In this document: piece by piece, positions 38,857 through 47,820 of the stretch
How the letters are laid out: the number at the start of each line of letters is the position of its first letter
Numbering within the stretch: position 1 is the stretch's first letter
Virus record (IMG/VR): IMGVR_UViG_3300044633_000521
Origin: a virus
Direction: 5' to 3' (one strand)
DNA length: 64,000 bases
Translations under genes and position numbers: made by a program
Notes under the pieces: generated by a model
Seen by the model: the letters and a program-made list of their open reading frames with translations, nothing else
The model's database searches: none
Told to the model about the DNA's origin: nothing

Positions 38857-39327
38857 ATGAAAAAACTGAATTTCGACGAAGTGCGTGATTTTATTAACGC
38901 ACAAACTCCAGAAACTAAAATATACATTGGCGGCGATAGTACACGCTTTCGTAAGAACGGACAATGGCATGCCGAATATACTTTGGCTATTGTAGTTCAT
39001 ATTGATGGGAAACATGGTTGTAAGATATTTGGTGAAACATCAACCGAAGTAGATTACGACCAAAAGCGCAATCGACCAAGTATGCGTCTAATGAACGAAG
39101 TATATAAAATTTCAGAATTATATTTGAAATTACACGAAGTATTAGAAGGGCGCGATGTTGCTGTTCACTTGGATATCAATCCAAACGAAGCGCACGGTTC
39201 GAGCTGTGTAGTAACACAGGCAATTGGTTACATTCGCGGTACTTGTAATGTTATCCCAATGGTTAAACCCAACGCCTGGGCCGCTAGTTATGCTGCAGAC
39301 CGTTTACATCACGTATTAGCAGCATAA
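38857..39327 (+). CDS. RNase H-like YkuK/DUF458 family protein
   Basis: IYIGGDS, RLMNEV, VHLDIN, ASYAAD. Confidence 0.8.
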   Translation: MKKLNFDEVRDFINAQTPETKIYIGGDSTRFRKNGQWHAEYTLAIVVHIDGKHGCKIFGETSTEVDYDQKRNRPSMRLMNEVYKISELYLKLHEVLEGRDVAVHLDINPNEAHGSSCVVTQAIGYIRGTCNVIPMVKPNAWAASYAADRLHHVLAA

Positions 39328-39332
39328 ATAGG

Positions 39333-39361
39333 TTGACAATAGTGTGTGTTGACTATATAAT
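39333..39361 (+). promoter_or_regulatory. Sigma70-type promoter of second tRNA cluster
   Basis: TTGACA-N17-TATAAT. Confidence 0.85.
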
Positions 39362-39374
39362 ATTATTATACTGA

Positions 39375-39449
39375 CGCGGTGGTGGAGCAATTGGCAGCTC
39401 GCGAGCCTCATAAGCTCGAGACCAGGTTCGAGTCCTGCGACCGCAACCA
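39375..39449 (+). tRNA. tRNA-fMet-like (CAT), atypical
   Basis: C1:A72 mismatch, GGAGC D-stem, CTCATAA loop, CCA; lacks the three G-C anticodon pairs. Confidence 0.75.
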
Positions 39450-39453
39450 ACAC

Positions 39454-39650
39454 TAGGGTTACACTTTTACTTTATGAAAGTGGGTCATTGCCAATACCAT
39501 AACGGCACAGTGCATACGTTCTACTGCAAGGCTCCATTTCCGAGCGACTTGAGAAATACGTAGGGGTTTTATTGTTTCGTACCAGATGGAAACAGTCGGA
39601 CAGGGTAACTACTCAGTTTAGGGCCAGGTAGTGCTGGTAGCTAGACACCT
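39454..39650 (+). ncRNA. Candidate ~195-nt multi-stem RNA, unknown family
   Basis: No ORF; at least seven complementary stems between two tRNAs. Confidence 0.55.
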
Positions 39651-39651
39651 T

Positions 39652-39727
39652 GCTCCCATCGTCTAGAGGCCTAGGACACCCGCCTTTCACGCAGGTAACA
39701 CGAGTTCGAATCTCGTTGGGAGTACCA
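39652..39727 (+). tRNA. tRNA-Glu(TTC)
   Basis: CTTTCAC loop; CCA. Confidence 0.9.
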
Positions 39728-39735
39728 AGTTTTAA

Positions 39736-39811
39736 GCCGGTTTAGCTCAGCAGGTAGAGCAGCGCACTTGTAATGCGAAGGTCAACAGTTCGATTCCGTT
39801 AACCGGCACCA
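39736..39811 (+). tRNA. tRNA-Thr(TGT)
   Basis: CTTGTAA loop; CCA. Confidence 0.92.
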
Positions 39812-39821
39812 AAAGTTTTAT

Positions 39822-39895
39822 GCGGGATTGGTGTAATGGTAGCACAAGAGTTTTCCAAACTTTTAGCGAGGGTTCGATCCCCTTATCCCGCTCCA
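39822..39895 (+). tRNA. tRNA-Gly(TCC)
   Basis: TTTCCAA loop; TCCA. Confidence 0.92.
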
Positions 39896-39906
39896 TAGGA
39901 ATATAA

Positions 39907-41013
39907 ATGACTAAAGTCTATTGCGCAGCTCCGTGGAGAGGCTTACATATTACAACCGAAGGTGATGTTAAACCTTGTTGTTCTGGAGCATACGGATTTG
40001 GTAATATCAATGAACAAAATATTAAAGAAATATTAAATTCATTGAGCTGGCAAGAATTGCGAGAGCAAATTGCCAGTAATGATATTCCTAATTATTGTAT
40101 AGGCTGTAAACAGCAAGGTGATGTCACTACTAGCGAACGTAACTGGCATAACAATAATAGTTTGGATATAAATGACTTAGGTTCTAATTATCATGCTCCT
40201 GCTATATTAGATGTACGTTGGAGCAATGCTTGTAATTTGATGTGCGTGTACTGTAATCCAAACGATAGTAGTATGTGGGCCAAAAAGTTAAGTATCCCAC
40301 TACAGACTAAACGCAAAGAATATTATACTAATGTCATTGATTATATAACTGCTCATCAACAAAATCTTAAAACTGTGGCATTAATTGGTGGTGAGCCTTT
40401 GTTAATTCCGCAATGCGCAGACCTGCTTGACAATATACCGGACACAGTTGATATTCATGTAATTTCAAATTTAAGTTTAAACTTAGAAAACAATCCGGTA
40501 TTTCAGCGCCTATCTACTAGAAAGAAAGTGCGCTGGAGTGTGAGTTTTGAAAATGTAGGAAAACAGTTTGAATTTGTGCGTAGAGGAGCAAGTTGGGAAC
40601 AGTTGACTAAAAATTTAGATTTGCTATTGGGCTTAGAAAGAACGCAGGGCCATATTATAGACATACATGCTATTCTCAATATATTAAGCCTAAGTGCTTT
40701 TAAAGTATTGACTGATTTTGCCTTTGACAAACGTATTAAAATTGTATTTCAATTTTTAGATCAGCCTGCGGAATTGGATCTGCGTAAATTTCCTAAGCAT
40801 ATAGTTAATACTATTAAAACACAAGCAGAAAATGTATACAAAGATATTCAAACTGAATGGGATGAGCATAATACAATTGTTCAATATTTTGCTGCTGACC
40901 AAATTGAAGTACCTGATCAAATAGATAATTTTTATAAATTTGTAAATGAGTGCAGCACTGAAGATTTAAAATTTAATCAACTGTGGCCCGAACTAGATCA
41001 ATTACTCCGCTAG
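39907..41013 (+). CDS. Radical SAM protein with SPASM/twitch-like domain
   Basis: YCAAPW, KPCC, CNLMCVYC, GGEPL. Confidence 0.88.
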   Translation: MTKVYCAAPWRGLHITTEGDVKPCCSGAYGFGNINEQNIKEILNSLSWQELREQIASNDIPNYCIGCKQQGDVTTSERNWHNNNSLDINDLGSNYHAPAILDVRWSNACNLMCVYCNPNDSSMWAKKLSIPLQTKRKEYYTNVIDYITAHQQNLKTVALIGGEPLLIPQCADLLDNIPDTVDIHVISNLSLNLENNPVFQRLSTRKKVRWSVSFENVGKQFEFVRRGASWEQLTKNLDLLLGLERTQGHIIDIHAILNILSLSAFKVLTDFAFDKRIKIVFQFLDQPAELDLRKFPKHIVNTIKTQAENVYKDIQTEWDEHNTIVQYFAADQIEVPDQIDNFYKFVNECSTEDLKFNQLWPELDQLLR

Positions 41014-41568
41014 ATACCTTAAGGGTTCGTTGGCAAAGGTACAGCTTAGTACTATTCTAGGAGTAAGATTATTACCTAACATAACAACTTCGTGTGGTAT
41101 GCGACTGTTAAACACAATTGGGTTCATCATATTATGATATTCGCCTACTAATGTTAATTTCTCTTTGGGGAAGTTGGTCATATCTTCGTGAAAGTATCCG
41201 TCCTTGGCAACATCGGATATCTTAGGTAAGTTTTGAAAATCTTCGTCGGACATTGTGTACCAACGGTTTACTGTATTCTTAGTGTTAAGTACAGGAAAGT
41301 TTATTTTAGCTACAACCGGTGGGCTGTCGATATGAACGGCAAAATTGTTATAGCAGATAGTAACAGCCATATCGCGTGGGACTAGATGATATAGTTTAAA
41401 AAAGTCTAATAAAGTTGGACAACTAGCAATTACACTATTGCGATCTAAGTAATGCCATTCTTGATCGTGCGTTTTCTCTAATAAGTCAGTATTAGAATGT
41501 AAATATTCATAGACTTCGTGACTTATTTGGTTAACGTTAGTATACTCTAGTTCGTAGTACGGTTTCAT
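41002..41568 (-). CDS. 2OG-Fe(II) oxygenase-like protein
   Basis: HID...INFP...PH.V...R triad; start 41568 after CTAAATA. Confidence 0.7.
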   Translation of the reverse strand: MKPYYELEYTNVNQISHEVYEYLHSNTDLLEKTHDQEWHYLDRNSVIASCPTLLDFFKLYHLVPRDMAVTICYNNFAVHIDSPPVVAKINFPVLNTKNTVNRWYTMSDEDFQNLPKISDVAKDGYFHEDMTNFPKEKLTLVGEYHNMMNPIVFNSRIPHEVVMLGNNLTPRIVLSCTFANEPLRYLAE

Positions 41569-41706
41569 AAAAATATTTAGTGTATAGCACACTGTAAAGA
41601 ATTCTTTAATCGCGTAGAGTTTGGGGTAAGCGGCACTCGGTAGTAGTTGAAAAACCCTTGTAGAGAATAGCCGACACAGCATGGAAAGAATCACAACCAA
41701 TTTAGG

Positions 41707-41736
41707 TTGACGATAGTCGCGATGGCATGCTATAAT
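41707..41736 (+). promoter_or_regulatory. Sigma70-type promoter
   Basis: TTGACG-N18-TATAAT with extended TG. Confidence 0.65.
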
Positions 41737-41757
41737 AGTTTTATTAGTTTTAAAATT

Positions 41758-41928
41758 TGGAAGAAAGCCGGTACATTATGTATTCGAGGTTAGGAGAGAC
41801 CGGCAAACCGTCCATATAAAGACCAGACCTCAATCTCGTAAGAGACAATTCTGGTTCCGCTGACGCGAAAAGAGGATGGGCTGCGCTCACGGGGTTTGTT
41901 AGGTTCCTGACACAAAAATACCTAACAC
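41758..41928 (+). ncRNA. Candidate pseudoknotted RNA, unknown family
   Basis: GCCGGT/ACCGGC, CCGTCC/GGATGG, ACCAGA/TCTGGT, TCTC-GTAA-GAGA, TGTTAGGT/ACCTAACA; GAGGT/ACCTC loop pairing. Confidence 0.55.
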
Positions 41929-41936
41929 TTGATTTC

Positions 41937-42030
41937 GGAGAGCTGGCCGAGTGGTCGAAGGCACTTCCCTGCTAAGGAAGCATACGGGCTTAAATCTGTA
42001 TCGAGGGTTCGAATCCCTCGCTCTCCGCCA
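41937..42030 (+). tRNA. tRNA-Ser(GCT)
   Basis: Long variable arm; CTGCTAA loop; G73; CCA. Confidence 0.95.
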
Positions 42031-42069
42031 ATTACTTTTTTCACCCTTTTGTAGTAAATAAATATTGCT

Positions 42070-42309
42070 ATGAATGTCTTAACAAAACTCAAACAATTAA
42101 TAGTACCAACTAAAACTTATGAAATACAAAAAGTAGCATCCAACGATCTACTTATAACGCACCGTAGTGGTGTAGTAATACAAATTAAAGAAGATGGCAC
42201 TGTGTTAGTAGCAAGTCCAAGTAACTTAGAACTATATGCCAAGGGCAACCTACAAATTACATCAGGTACCCACATCGGGTTAGTAGCGCCAAGGATTGAT
42301 TTAAATTGA
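42070..42309 (+). CDS. Small gp5 C-terminal beta-helix-like spike protein
   Basis: HRSG..IQIKEDG...APRIDLN pattern of gp5/VgrG C-termini. Confidence 0.55.
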   Translation: MNVLTKLKQLIVPTKTYEIQKVASNDLLITHRSGVVIQIKEDGTVLVASPSNLELYAKGNLQITSGTHIGLVAPRIDLN

Positions 42310-42740
42310 ATCGTGAACAAGCAAACGAACGCTTATGGCAATTTAAACCTGTACACACTCAGGTTGAAGCAGATGAGTTTGTAGGAGTAACTCCATTTCA
42401 ACCTACTGATATTACAGTAACTAAGCAAGACGATTGCTATGTTATAGAAGGTAGTTACGGTATAGATATATTCTCTAATCATAAGTTTACTGTGTTAGTC
42501 AATGGCAAACTAGTAACATACACTCGCTTAGAAGATATACCGTTTGAGATTGACAATGTAATTAACTTTGCCCCAGATGACACACACGACATCACATTCA
42601 CTTACACGTTCAAACGGCAAGATGAATTAATTAAATACACACACTGGATACATCATGACATGAGCCCATGGGAAAAGATATTGCCAGAATTAGTAGCTAG
42701 AGAAACAAACGGAGGATGGAATCGTGCCCGCAGTAACTAG
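42306..42740 (+). CDS. Hypothetical protein
   Basis: ORF between spike-like and PAAR genes. Confidence 0.65.
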   Translation: MNREQANERLWQFKPVHTQVEADEFVGVTPFQPTDITVTKQDDCYVIEGSYGIDIFSNHKFTVLVNGKLVTYTRLEDIPFEIDNVINFAPDDTHDITFTYTFKRQDELIKYTHWIHHDMSPWEKILPELVARETNGGWNRARSN

Positions 42741-43011
42741 AGTTGGTGACGCAGACGTAACACACTGTTCGGGTATGACACGTGCCGTCGGTAGTCCGGA
42801 TACGTTCTGTAATGGTATTCCTATTAGCCGTCAAGGCGATGTAAATACAGGACATTTATTACCAGGAGCACCTTGCCCCGGCCATTCGGCACCGATAGCT
42901 GCTGGTAGTGCTACTGTATTTGTTAATGGTAAGGGTATGGGTCGAGTAGGTGATGCTATCGCTGGGTGTACTGCGGTAGCTGCTGGTTCGGGCGATACGT
43001 TTGCTGGTTAA
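42724..43011 (+). CDS. PAAR-repeat spike tip protein, gp5.4-like
   Basis: PAVTRVGD, PISRQGD, GMGRVGD; His/Cys metal site. Confidence 0.93.
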   Translation: MPAVTRVGDADVTHCSGMTRAVGSPDTFCNGIPISRQGDVNTGHLLPGAPCPGHSAPIAAGSATVFVNGKGMGRVGDAIAGCTAVAAGSGDTFAG

Positions 43012-43607
43012 TGTTTTTTAGCAGTATTCATAAAAATAAGAAAATACAAGCTGTAACGATCTTTGTCTGCTGTACGGTTGAACCCTTCGTGCCACGCATC
43101 GTTTGTATTAGCAGCAAACCACCCCTGGGCATAACCTGTAGGTATACGTAACGGATTATTTCCGTTTTTATCGGAATAGAAGAAAGTACTTTGGTTAGGA
43201 TCGTCTCCCTCAGTGAAGAATATCATGCCGTTTCCTATTATACGCCGATTGTCTAGATGCGTAGCAGCATGATACCCGGGCTTATCTAAAGTCCAAAGAG
43301 CACTAGAATGCGTAATGTTATCAAGCTCTTCAGCTGACAATTTCCACTCATTGAAGTATTCTTCGTCTTGATACATATTTTTAATTATTTTAAGGCAAGC
43401 AGAATCTTGTGTAAACCATTCAATGATGTATTTTAATTTTTCACTCTTGAGAGTTGGCGCACGAAACTTGCCCAATAAACCCTCAGATTCTGAGCTGATC
43501 CAATCCTCTTGTTTAAGGTCAGTTAACAGCTCTTCATAACTATAAGGGAATTCAGTTAAGAATGTTTCGTATACAAAATTACGTTTTTTGTCAAATATAA
43601 TATCCAT
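43008..43607 (-). CDS. 2OG-Fe(II) oxygenase
   Basis: HLD...WH...RYS; start 43607. Confidence 0.8.
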   Translation of the reverse strand: MDIIFDKKRNFVYETFLTEFPYSYEELLTDLKQEDWISSESEGLLGKFRAPTLKSEKLKYIIEWFTQDSACLKIIKNMYQDEEYFNEWKLSAEELDNITHSSALWTLDKPGYHAATHLDNRRIIGNGMIFFTEGDDPNQSTFFYSDKNGNNPLRIPTGYAQGWFAANTNDAWHEGFNRTADKDRYSLYFLIFMNTAKKH

Positions 43608-43634
43608 ACTAATATTTACCCAATAAATAACAAC

Positions 43635-44267
43635 ATGAAAATAGAATTCAGTCAAGCAAGATATTTGCTATCGTCGATTAAATTTGACCCAGGTGTAGAT
43701 CACACAACGTTAATAGAAGAACTTAAAAAACAAAAGTGGACTAGTTGGGGAGAAAGTGTTCCTATGGGACACGAAAACTATAACTGGAGTCGACGCTACA
43801 GATTAATGCGTGAAGATATAACTAGTCCTTTGTTAAAACAAATACACGATTTCTTACAAAGCATCGACACGCACGAACCTTTATTAGAAGCACTATATTC
43901 TTTTAATCCCGGATTCGAAGGTATGTGGAGCCTATCGAAAGATCAAATGCGCAAGTGGGCAACACTACACATGGAATTTATGTTAGACAAACCTGGATTT
44001 AAATTAGAACCACACAACGACTATCGTAGACTTGTCGGCGCAGGCATGATATATTTTACAGAACATAATGACCCTGATGTAGCTACAACATTTTACGAAG
44101 ATCGCCAATTAACTAATCCTGTAGTAATGAACACAGAGTTTGGCTCAGGCTGGTTTGCGGCAAATGCTTATGAGAATTACCACAGTGGTATTAATAATAG
44201 CAACTACGATAGATATAGTGTCTTATTAGGCCTAACAATTAAAACTCCGGATGAATATGACCGATAA
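43635..44267 (+). CDS. 2OG-Fe(II) oxygenase
   Basis: HND...YH...RYS; paralog of divergent neighbour. Confidence 0.8.
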   Translation: MKIEFSQARYLLSSIKFDPGVDHTTLIEELKKQKWTSWGESVPMGHENYNWSRRYRLMREDITSPLLKQIHDFLQSIDTHEPLLEALYSFNPGFEGMWSLSKDQMRKWATLHMEFMLDKPGFKLEPHNDYRRLVGAGMIYFTEHNDPDVATTFYEDRQLTNPVVMNTEFGSGWFAANAYENYHSGINNSNYDRYSVLLGLTIKTPDEYDR

Positions 44268-45588
44268 TCGCAAAGTATGGCCAATAAAATCAGATACCTC
44301 ATGCTACCTTAAATGGTCATGGAGTACGATCTATCTCAATCGTGCTACTACTGCTAGTTGTCATCGCACAGTACACAACGATTTAACTGTAGAAAACTTT
44401 GATAATTTCCACAACCTACCTAAAAAGTTAGATGACCGTAAGCGTATGCTTGCTGGTGGGTGGCCTGAGGAAAGTGAAACAGATAAGTTCGGCCTTAACG
44501 GCTGTACATATTGTAAGCACATGGAAGACAAAGGCGGAGTTAGTGATCGCCTAGTGCAACTGCGTAATCTTAAAGGTGTGTTTGAAACCCACACCAACGT
44601 ACTGCCTCCGGAACTTATCGAAAATCCAGAAGCCATAGAAGTTACTCCTACTATTGTAGAAGTCTACTTTAACAATGTATGTAACATGGCCTGCTTGTAC
44701 TGTGGTCCGCATTTCAGTACCATGTGGGAAGAAGAGAATCGCAAATTTAGTGCTGTGGAAGATGGCATTTTAGTTAACCCAAGTTGGGAACGTGATCAAA
44801 CTCGCTATGATGATATGCGTGATAAGTTGTTTGAGTGGTTACGCATTCACGGGCATAAGATCTGGAACTTTGGTATGTTGGGTGGCGAACCCTTCTTCCA
44901 AAAAGAATTTGACATGGTCTTAGATCATTGGGACAACTATCCTAACCCAGACCTGTTCTTTACTATTGTTACCAATCTTAAAGTAGAGCATAAGCGTTTT
45001 GTTGGCTATATTGATAGACTTAAACGTATGGTTGACGATAAAAAGATTAAACATCTTAATATCAGTGCTAGCATGGACTGTTGGGGTCCGCAGGCAGAAT
45101 ACATTCGTTGGGGATTAAAACTTAGCGAATGGGAAAAGAACTTTGAGTACATGGCCAAACAAGAATGGATTATTCTTAATGTTAATCTAACCATTACTCC
45201 ACTTAGTATTAAAACTCTACCCGAGCTTATTGAGAAACTAAATGCTTTAGATAAGTTTAGAGCACCTACTAAGCATATCTGTATTAGTTTTATGCACGTC
45301 TTACAACCTACACAGTTAAACCCCTTGTGGTTTGGCCCTGGTGTATTTACTGAAGATATGCAGAGAGTCATTGACGTCATGCCTACGGTCACAGAATATC
45401 AGCGGAACTTTAAAGAGTATATGGCAGGTATTGCTAACAGCATAGAAAAGACACCGCGTGATCCTAGTAAAATTCTTATGCTAGAAACCTACTTAAATGA
45501 AATGGATCGTCGCAGGGGCACTAACTGGCGAGATTTGTGGCCTTGGTTAGAAGATCAATTTGCGCAAGCGCACCAGGAAGTGTTGTAA
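44257..45588 (+). CDS. Radical SAM protein
   Basis: CYLKW, SCHR, CNMACLYC, GGEPF. Confidence 0.88.
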   Translation: MTDNRKVWPIKSDTSCYLKWSWSTIYLNRATTASCHRTVHNDLTVENFDNFHNLPKKLDDRKRMLAGGWPEESETDKFGLNGCTYCKHMEDKGGVSDRLVQLRNLKGVFETHTNVLPPELIENPEAIEVTPTIVEVYFNNVCNMACLYCGPHFSTMWEEENRKFSAVEDGILVNPSWERDQTRYDDMRDKLFEWLRIHGHKIWNFGMLGGEPFFQKEFDMVLDHWDNYPNPDLFFTIVTNLKVEHKRFVGYIDRLKRMVDDKKIKHLNISASMDCWGPQAEYIRWGLKLSEWEKNFEYMAKQEWIILNVNLTITPLSIKTLPELIEKLNALDKFRAPTKHICISFMHVLQPTQLNPLWFGPGVFTEDMQRVIDVMPTVTEYQRNFKEYMAGIANSIEKTPRDPSKILMLETYLNEMDRRRGTNWRDLWPWLEDQFAQAHQEVL

Positions 45589-45708
45589 AAATACAACATT
45601 TTATCAAACTATGTTGTCAAAAGGCAACACTCTGTTAACGACTACGATAAATACGTATACACTGATAGTATAACATTAGTGTTATCCATTAAAAGGAGAA
45701 GTAAAGTA

Positions 45709-46920
45709 ATGAAGAAATTATTATTAGCAACATTATTAGCTGGTATGTACTCTACAGCAAACGCAGGTATTCAAGTTCCGGCAGGTGATTGGACATTAGA
45801 CATTGGTGGCGTTGTTAACGCTTACTATACAAACACACGCGGCACAGGTAGTGCAGTGGTTGGTGGTCTAGGTGGTCCTAATGCCAATGCTCAACGTAAC
45901 GAATCAAACATTACAACAGGCTTGTTACCAAACGTATTATCAATTTCTGGTAAATCACGTCAAAATGATTTAGACATTGGTTTTACAATCGCTATTAACC
46001 CAGGTGCTTCAACAACACAGGGTGGCGATCAAGGTGCTAATCAAGAAAATCGTCAAGCATTTTTAACTATCGGTGATAAATCATGGGGTAGTGTAAAACT
46101 AGGTAAAGACCTGGGTATTTTTGCTAGTGATGCTATCTTAAACGATATGACATTGTTAGGTGTTGGTGCAGGTGCTGGCGCACTAGCTGGTAACACAACT
46201 ACATTAGGTCGTATCGGTAGTGGCTTTATGTATGCTGACTGGAAATCACAAGTTGCTTACACATCACCAAACTTTGACGGCTTCCAATTCACAGTAGGTG
46301 TAACACAGGCATGGAACGCTCAAACAGCTGATCTAAATGCCGTAACTGCTGGCGTACAAGCTGCTTCAGCTACATCAACAGGACGCGGTGGTGCTCAACC
46401 AGCATTTGAAGGTAAAGTATCTTACTCATTAGAAGGTCCTATTGCTGCTAAAGTATGGTCAAGTGCTATTTCACAAAAAGTTGAAGGTGTAACTGGCTCT
46501 GCCGCAGATGACCGCGCTTATGCTTGGGACGTTGGTACTAATTTAGCTGCTGGTCCATATGGCTTAACTGCTTACTACTATGATGGTAAAGGTATTGGTC
46601 GTACTATTCAATTAGTAGACGGGTTTGATACTACAGGTCGTCGTCGTGATTCAAACGGTGGCTACGTTCAAGGTACATACACATTGCCTACAGCAACTAA
46701 ACTTGGCGTAAGCTGGGGTCAAAGTAAACTAGGCCGTAACAGTGGTGAAACAGCTACCGCATTGGTTTCGAAAAACGAAATGTGGACTGTTGGTGCTTAT
46801 CACCCACTCACAAAACACGTGAACTTAGTAGCTGAATACTCAGACGTTAAATCAGAAGCACAAAACGGTGCTGAAGGTAAATCACGTTCAGTATCGGCAG
46901 GCGCTATCTTATTCTTCTAA
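45709..46920 (+). CDS. Outer-membrane porin (Gram-negative type)
   Basis: Signal peptide MKKLLLATLLAGMYSTANA; R.A...I....WGSVKLGK; YTSP.F.GF; C-terminal Phe. Confidence 0.9.
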   Translation: MKKLLLATLLAGMYSTANAGIQVPAGDWTLDIGGVVNAYYTNTRGTGSAVVGGLGGPNANAQRNESNITTGLLPNVLSISGKSRQNDLDIGFTIAINPGASTTQGGDQGANQENRQAFLTIGDKSWGSVKLGKDLGIFASDAILNDMTLLGVGAGAGALAGNTTTLGRIGSGFMYADWKSQVAYTSPNFDGFQFTVGVTQAWNAQTADLNAVTAGVQAASATSTGRGGAQPAFEGKVSYSLEGPIAAKVWSSAISQKVEGVTGSAADDRAYAWDVGTNLAAGPYGLTAYYYDGKGIGRTIQLVDGFDTTGRRRDSNGGYVQGTYTLPTATKLGVSWGQSKLGRNSGETATALVSKNEMWTVGAYHPLTKHVNLVAEYSDVKSEAQNGAEGKSRSVSAGAILFF

Positions 46921-46938
46921 GAATAATTTAGTTTAACC

Positions 46939-46968
46939 AAAAAAGCTCACTTCGGTGAGCTTTTTTTT
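46939..46968 (+). terminator. Rho-independent terminator
   Basis: GCTCAC-TTCG-GTGAGC-T8. Confidence 0.92.
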
Positions 46969-47001
46969 GACTATAAATAATAAAGCATATATAATAGTAT
47001 C

Positions 47002-47820
47002 ATGATAAAAATTAGTCTAGACACCAAAGTAAAAATGTTGCAAACGTTTGCCTATGTTGGTTTTATTTACACCATGGCATATCAATTTAATTTAATATAT
47101 CTGCTATTAAGTTTGGCATTTAGCTGGATATTATTCCTAATAGGCGCTAGCATGGGCCTACACAAATACAGTAGTCATAAAAGTTTTGAATGTAAACACC
47201 CTGCCTTTAAGGTGATTATGTTATTTTGTAGTTCTATCCTTAGCCTAGGTAGCAATATTAGTTGGGCCGCTACTCACCGTAAACATCATCAGTTCAGTGA
47301 TAAACCAGAAGACCCACACAGTCCTAACACTCATGGCGGTGGAGTTTGGCGCAGTATTAAACTTTGGTTTTATTATTTCCCTACCTATCATATTAACCCA
47401 AGAACAGTTAAAGACTTGATGTCAGACTCTACACATAAATTTTTCCATCATCATTATTTTAAAATTGTGCTAGGGTATGTATTGCTGCTGTCTCTAATAG
47501 ATATTAAGTTAGCCTGTTACCTTTACTTTGTTCCGGTAATTTACGGATTTACTGCTATCAGTTATATCACAGTGCTAGCACACAATACTTGGTTGTCTCG
47601 GTTTGGCTATAAGAATTTTGATAGTCGAGATTTAAGTTTTAACAGTCGTGTGGCTAGTGTTTTTGTGCCAGGCGACGGCAATCATAATAATCATCATGCT
47701 AGACCAGGCGCCGCCCGCAATAAGTTCACAGATCAAGATTGGGATTTGGGTTTTTGGCTAATCAAATTGATTGGGCGTGTGCCAAATAGAGTTCAGTACA
47801 ACCAACACTTTCCTACTTAA
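47002..47820 (+). CDS. Membrane fatty-acid desaturase (delta-9-like)
   Basis: His boxes HKYSSH, HRKHH, HNNHH; DPHSP. Confidence 0.9.
   Translation: MIKISLDTKVKMLQTFAYVGFIYTMAYQFNLIYLLLSLAFSWILFLIGASMGLHKYSSHKSFECKHPAFKVIMLFCSSILSLGSNISWAATHRKHHQFSDKPEDPHSPNTHGGGVWRSIKLWFYYFPTYHINPRTVKDLMSDSTHKFFHHHYFKIVLGYVLLLSLIDIKLACYLYFVPVIYGFTAISYITVLAHNTWLSRFGYKNFDSRDLSFNSRVASVFVPGDGNHNNHHARPGAARNKFTDQDWDLGFWLIKLIGRVPNRVQYNQHFPT

Noticed and set aside
41758-41928. RNase P RNA (GAAGAAAGCC resembles CR-I)
   Set aside because: No matching CR-V/P4 partner at the 3' end, and too short.
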